Under the pieces are notes generated by a model. It worked only from the letters and a program-made list of their open reading frames with translations, was not told the origin of the DNA and did no database searches. The position numbers were made by a program, and so were the translations under genes. Of a DNA stretch of 64,000 bases, positions 60,701-64,000 are shown one piece after another. Every line of letters starts with the position of its first letter. The first letter of the stretch is position 1. The stretch covers positions 1-64,000 of the forward strand of contig JBHLLP010000005.1 in assembly GCA_048885525.1 (NCBI GenBank), given 5' to 3'. Origin of the DNA: Candidatus Hermodarchaeota archaeon (GTDB lineage Archaea > Asgardarchaeota > Lokiarchaeia > Sigyniarchaeales > SOKP01).

Positions 60701-63231
60701 TTGATAATTATAACCTTACAACTCCAATAGAACCAACTTGGTTCCCTTCATATGGAGAATTAGGAGACAGTTCAGATGTAAAGGCAACTTCAGGTTCAGA
60801 TCAAGCAAATTTTATAATAATAGGGGATACCTATGAGGAACAGGTCCTCCTTGATGATACAACTTTTTCGAACTGGGAAGCCTTCAATAAGTCTGAACTG
60901 GTCGTCGTTCCTCAACGCTCATCTGTCCCCTATTATGGAATTGATAGTGATGGAGCTTGGTGTAGTCATCGTTGGTGGGAAGGAGAGTCAGGGGGTCAAC
61001 CTAAAAATACTCCTGTTATGCATTGGAGAACAAATGTGAGTCTATCAGTCGACATGTCTGATTATGTTATCACATCTGTAGACTTCAATGCGATAATAAA
61101 TGCTAGTGTAGATATGTATATTGATACTCCTGGTGATACTCTAGCTAGAGCAGGAGTTTCCATCAATCAATATGAGACTTATGATTATGCCCGATTTTAT
61201 GTTGAAATTACCACATTAGATGTTGATGAGTTAAATACTTACAGGATTGCCTTTAATCAAACACGATTATTAGGAAACGAATTTCTTTCATTATATGATA
61301 TAGAAGGATTTATAGGAGCTTATGAAGAAAAGGCGATAATTGATGCGTTAACTAATGTTTTAGCAGTAGATCCAGGTCATAATAATTTCACCATTGTTTT
61401 AGGAATCTATTTATACTGTGAAGATAATAATTCTGGCACTGATCTTGACGATTGGACCGAATTACGTTTTAAATTTCTGAATTTGACGTTTTCTTATGAA
61501 AAAAAAATAGATCAATTTACTTCCGTTTCATGGAATCAAGATGGAGATAAAATAAGTGATATTAGTAATTATACAGTGGTAGTTGATCAAGCATTCCTTA
61601 ATTTCAAATATAAAATCAATGATACTTGGCCTAGCACATCACCAAATTCCGAAATTAGGGTTTTAATTAATGATAACTTACATCCTGAAACAGTAAAATT
61701 AACAACCGCTAATGCATCATTCCAATTAGCAAAAACAGGAGGTTTTGATGTAACTCCTCTAATTATAGAAGATGTGAACCTTTCAATTCAAGTATATGTT
61801 GCTGATGAATTTAGTTTAGATAGGAATATTGAAATTTCAATAGATGATGTTACACTAAATATATCTTATACAATAATACTTCCTGACGAGAAAACTGATC
61901 TGCATTTATTTTTAGATAATGTAAATAAAACTGACGATCCTGAGATTGATATATTTATTGGTGATTCTCTAAATGTTACGGTAAAATATCTTAATTCAAC
62001 TGGAGAGCATATAACTAATGCTACAGTTCAACTATTAGGAAGTTTTGCTGGAGAATTAGAGGAAGATGATGGATTGGGACAATATACTCGAATTATAAAT
62101 ACAGATATATCTGATGCTGGTACACATTTTTTAACAATTATTGCACGAGCAGAAGATCATGAAACACGGGAAATAATTTTTAGAGTAGATATTAATAAAT
62201 TTGAGAGTGATAATTTACAAGTTCTATTAAATAATCAAAATCGCACTCAAGATCCTTATATTCAATTAACTGTAAGTCAGATCTTAAATATAACTATTAA
62301 GTATACCAATCTTATAGGAACCCATATTTCAGGAGCAAATGTGCTACTCACATCTGAAACGTACTCTTCATATTTAAATGAAAGTATTAGTTTTGAACAT
62401 TATTCAATAATTATTAATACAACTGAAAGATTAAAAATTGGAGCAAATTATTTAACAATTGAAGCACAAGCACCAACATTTCAAACCCAATTCCTAGATA
62501 TAACAATCTCTATTAGAAAGATTAATCTTGATATTATAACTATAACTGGTTCAAATTCTATAGAGGCTAAAAAAGGAGACAATATCAGGTTACAGGTAAG
62601 ATTAAATAATACAGATTTTGGTGGATTTGTAAAGGGGGCATTTTTAACATATACATGGCAAGAGGGAGATGGCATTCTTACTGATGATAACAATGATGGG
62701 ATTTATGAAGCTACGATCTCAAATTTTCCAGAGGGTACATATTCAATAGAATTATTCGCATTTGTGGGTGATGATTATAATATTGATATGTATCAAATTT
62801 TTGTATCAGCAACGAGTGAAGAGGAGGAGGAAAATATTATTTTTCCAATACTGTTTTCAATTTTTCTTGTATTAATATCTGGTTTAGCAATTTATCTTTA
62901 TGCCTATCAAACATATTTAAAATATCCTAAACAAGTTAGAAAAGTTCGAAAATATAGAAAATCCCTAAATCGTAAGGAAGCTCCTAAAGTACAAATTATA
63001 GGCAGAGAGACTGCCTTCAAATCATACTATAACGAAAATTTAGGAAAGGATACTAGCAATTTAAAATTGAAACGCCATCCAGGAATAACAAAATCAATGG
63101 AACAAAAAATAAGTGTTGATAAAGCACCTGATAAATCTCTAGAAAAAAAAATGGACCAAGATCAATTAACTAGAAAAGTTATTGAAAAGAAGGAAGAATT
63201 GGATGAATTAATTAAAGATTCTTCAAAATAA
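57736..63231 (+). CDS. Large internally duplicated membrane-anchored surface glycoprotein
   Basis: Two ~920-aa halves (offset 2769 nt), each TM, extracellular beta-rich region with many NxS/T, TM, then YAYQTYLKYPKQVRK. Confidence 0.85.
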   Translation: MILRNGKKKSFLIFSFIFLISFSSIFIFSINQNTSSILNKKFGGSEKNNLKNPKLAAQETLTAVWFENPTFEDPIGPTWYHLYGELGDNSDIKATSGSDQANFIIIGDSYEEQILLDDTTYTNWEAFNKTELVVVPQRSSVPYYGIDSDGAWCSHRWDEGETGGQPKNTPVMHWRTNVSLNVDMSDYIITSVDFNAIINGSVDIYIDTPGDTLARAGVSINQYETYDYAQFYVEITTLDINELNTYRIAFNQTIWLGNEARLLYDIEGLIGAYEEQAIINALNNVLAVDPGHNNFTIVLGIYLYCEDNNSGTDLDDWTELRFKFLNLTFSYEKKIDQFTSASWNQDGDKVSDISNDTIIINEAKLNFNYKTDSNWTDASPNSEIRIFINNNKLTETIKLSTATTSFQIAKIGGYDVTSLIPYNVFINFSIQVYLADEFSLSKNITFSIDNLYLNITYTVLFPDYQTNLQIFFNGVNKTSLPFYDHPVGNDLNITVKYPDDTGTHIPGAVVQLSGNLTGTLQEDPSYEQYTIIIDANDFNAGTYDLKIVAHKVNYKLSTISRVLTVSPTSSQDLQLFLNGENKTLDPSFEISLDKLLNITIKYNTFLGTPVTGASVTLSGEGILENLNESVSLNQYSTIINTTLNLKYGTNLLEIEAKKLNHETKFEYPRINIRKINAMITPVNNTNTISTKPGGDATIQVYINNTDFNEIVKGAYVTYSWDFDDGILYDLDNDGIYEVNITDVPAGTHSININAFGSDKYNFISLEIIIAAVKPIDSSFLFRALLIAAIIVSIGLTSYLYAYQTYLKYPKQVRKIRKYRKTLRKAKDPHIPIIKRKKAFNRSYQEELDKTSINLKSKPKGEKELQERMVKESPENSGVELPNGTIKQSTNSHFTNKDKTNRKNKNRTHRKWFKFSLKKKWGGSLNIKNNRKFLYLIFILASLILYSLIICPFISQNSTIFSNDSVNNVFNENVGKLGISAQESFTKQWLDNYNLTTPIEPTWFPSYGELGDSSDVKATSGSDQANFIIIGDTYEEQVLLDDTTFSNWEAFNKSELVVVPQRSSVPYYGIDSDGAWCSHRWWEGESGGQPKNTPVMHWRTNVSLSVDMSDYVITSVDFNAIINASVDMYIDTPGDTLARAGVSINQYETYDYARFYVEITTLDVDELNTYRIAFNQTRLLGNEFLSLYDIEGFIGAYEEKAIIDALTNVLAVDPGHNNFTIVLGIYLYCEDNNSGTDLDDWTELRFKFLNLTFSYEKKIDQFTSVSWNQDGDKISDISNYTVVVDQAFLNFKYKINDTWPSTSPNSEIRVLINDNLHPETVKLTTANASFQLAKTGGFDVTPLIIEDVNLSIQVYVADEFSLDRNIEISIDDVTLNISYTIILPDEKTDLHLFLDNVNKTDDPEIDIFIGDSLNVTVKYLNSTGEHITNATVQLLGSFAGELEEDDGLGQYTRIINTDISDAGTHFLTIIARAEDHETREIIFRVDINKFESDNLQVLLNNQNRTQDPYIQLTVSQILNITIKYTNLIGTHISGANVLLTSETYSSYLNESISFEHYSIIINTTERLKIGANYLTIEAQAPTFQTQFLDITISIRKINLDIITITGSNSIEAKKGDNIRLQVRLNNTDFGGFVKGAFLTYTWQEGDGILTDDNNDGIYEATISNFPEGTYSIELFAFVGDDYNIDMYQIFVSATSEEEEENIIFPILFSIFLVLISGLAIYLYAYQTYLKYPKQVRKVRKYRKSLNRKEAPKVQIIGRETAFKSYYNENLGKDTSNLKLKRHPGITKSMEQKISVDKAPDKSLEKKMDQDQLTRKVIEKKEELDELIKDSSK
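57964..61570 (+). repeat. Intragenic direct repeat (about 57964-58800 vs 60733-61570)
   Basis: Near-identical DNA, e.g. TCAGGTTCAGATCAAGCAAA..ATAATAATAGGGGATA and TTTCTGAATTTGACGTTTTCTTATGAAAAAAAAATAGATCAATTTACTTC in both copies. Confidence 0.9.
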
Positions 63232-63538
63232 ACTAAAATTTAATATCAGCTTTTTTAACTTAATTATTTTTATTTTTAAGCGAATTAGTAATGAAGCTAA
63301 AATAATAACTCAACTATTTTAAAATTTATATATCAAAAAAAGGGGTAATTTATCTTATATATAATAATGTCTTAAGTAACTTAAACGATAGGTAGAAAAA
63401 GCACTTATATACTGTTTAAACTTGTTTTTTGAAAGTGAATTATTTATTAGGAACTTTTACCCATTAACTTTAGTTAATAATATAAACCAAATTGAGTTTA
63501 AATAAATTATAAAAATCATCATATTTAGGCGAAAAATT

Positions 63539-64000
63539 TTGATTAAAAATAGAAGAATTAGACAAAGGTCAAGATCTATAGGATTATTATCTATTCTATT
63601 ATGCATTTTTGTTAGTTTTGTTTTATTAAATTCTGATAGAGAACATATTTTATCTATGGAAAATAATGAGAACAATTTAGAGAATGTAATTCAAAATAAT
63701 TTATTAAAAACTTCAAGCCTTTCTTTGAATAATATTTTTAGTGGAATTGGAGAACCGTGGAATGCAACCCATTATGCAAATCGAACCGATTATAATTTAC
63801 CAGTTAATTTTGGAAATGGTACATACGATACAGCAGAAATTCCATTAGGAATTGATTGGATTGGGTATCAATTAAATGCATCAATAGACAATCTTTATGA
63901 TACTAGAAATTGGAATAATGGTACGTTCGATTTTGGAGATGATGATGGAACGTATGCTGCGGCTGAGGATGATACAAGTGATATAATAAATCCATATCAA
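63539..64000 (+). CDS. Secreted or surface protein, N-terminal part (runs off the window)
   Basis: From TTG 63539: MIKNRRIRQRSRSIGLLSILLCIFVSFVLL..GIGEPWNATHYANRTD..WIGYQLNASIDNLYDTRNW. The frame is open to 64000. Confidence 0.8.
   Translation, partial: MIKNRRIRQRSRSIGLLSILLCIFVSFVLLNSDREHILSMENNENNLENVIQNNLLKTSSLSLNNIFSGIGEPWNATHYANRTDYNLPVNFGNGTYDTAEIPLGIDWIGYQLNASIDNLYDTRNWNNGTFDFGDDDGTYAAAEDDTSDIINPYQ

Noticed and set aside
63291-63330. ATGAAGCT.. resembling the start of the SECIS core
   Set aside because: No 3' GA partner at the right spacing and no in-frame Sec candidate in the upstream gene.
1-64000. CRISPR array, rRNA or tRNA (including tRNA-Sec)
   Set aside because: No regularly spaced repeats and no GC-rich structured RNA-like segment seen by eye. 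A covariance search was not possible.

Overview
AT-rich archaeal DNA, most likely from an Asgard archaeon of the Lokiarchaeia type. This is inferred from three tandem Rab-like GTPases, a Loki-type profilin, a longin/DENN-like GTPase fusion, and HdrA/MvhD, AOR and geranylgeranyl reductase genes. About 50 CDSs encode anaerobic redox metabolism, transport, regulation and large surface proteins. No rRNA, tRNA, CRISPR array, transposase or integrase was recognised. Main observations: (1) A selenoprotein operon that the ORF track fragments or misses. hdrA (21052-23028) and mvhD/vhuD (23042-23500) each carry two in-frame UGAs at conserved Cys positions. One eukaryote-type AUGA_AA_GA SECIS hairpin follows (23509-23582), with an extra side hairpin. 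(2) Three cases where the last 20-42 nt of a redox gene reappear, diverged, 0.6-3.7 kb downstream and bracket accessory genes. This suggests repeated integrase-free gene capture at gene 3' ends. (3) A GltD/NfnB-like flavoprotein module inserted inside the CCG domain of an HdrD-like protein. (4) A 55-aa M42 peptidase relic whose N- and C-termini are joined at a GVS microhomology. (5) Two paralogous regulator modules with the same TATA core but different 16-bp palindromes at the same offset. (6) A profilin with a C-terminal extension. (7) A 1831-aa internally duplicated surface protein.
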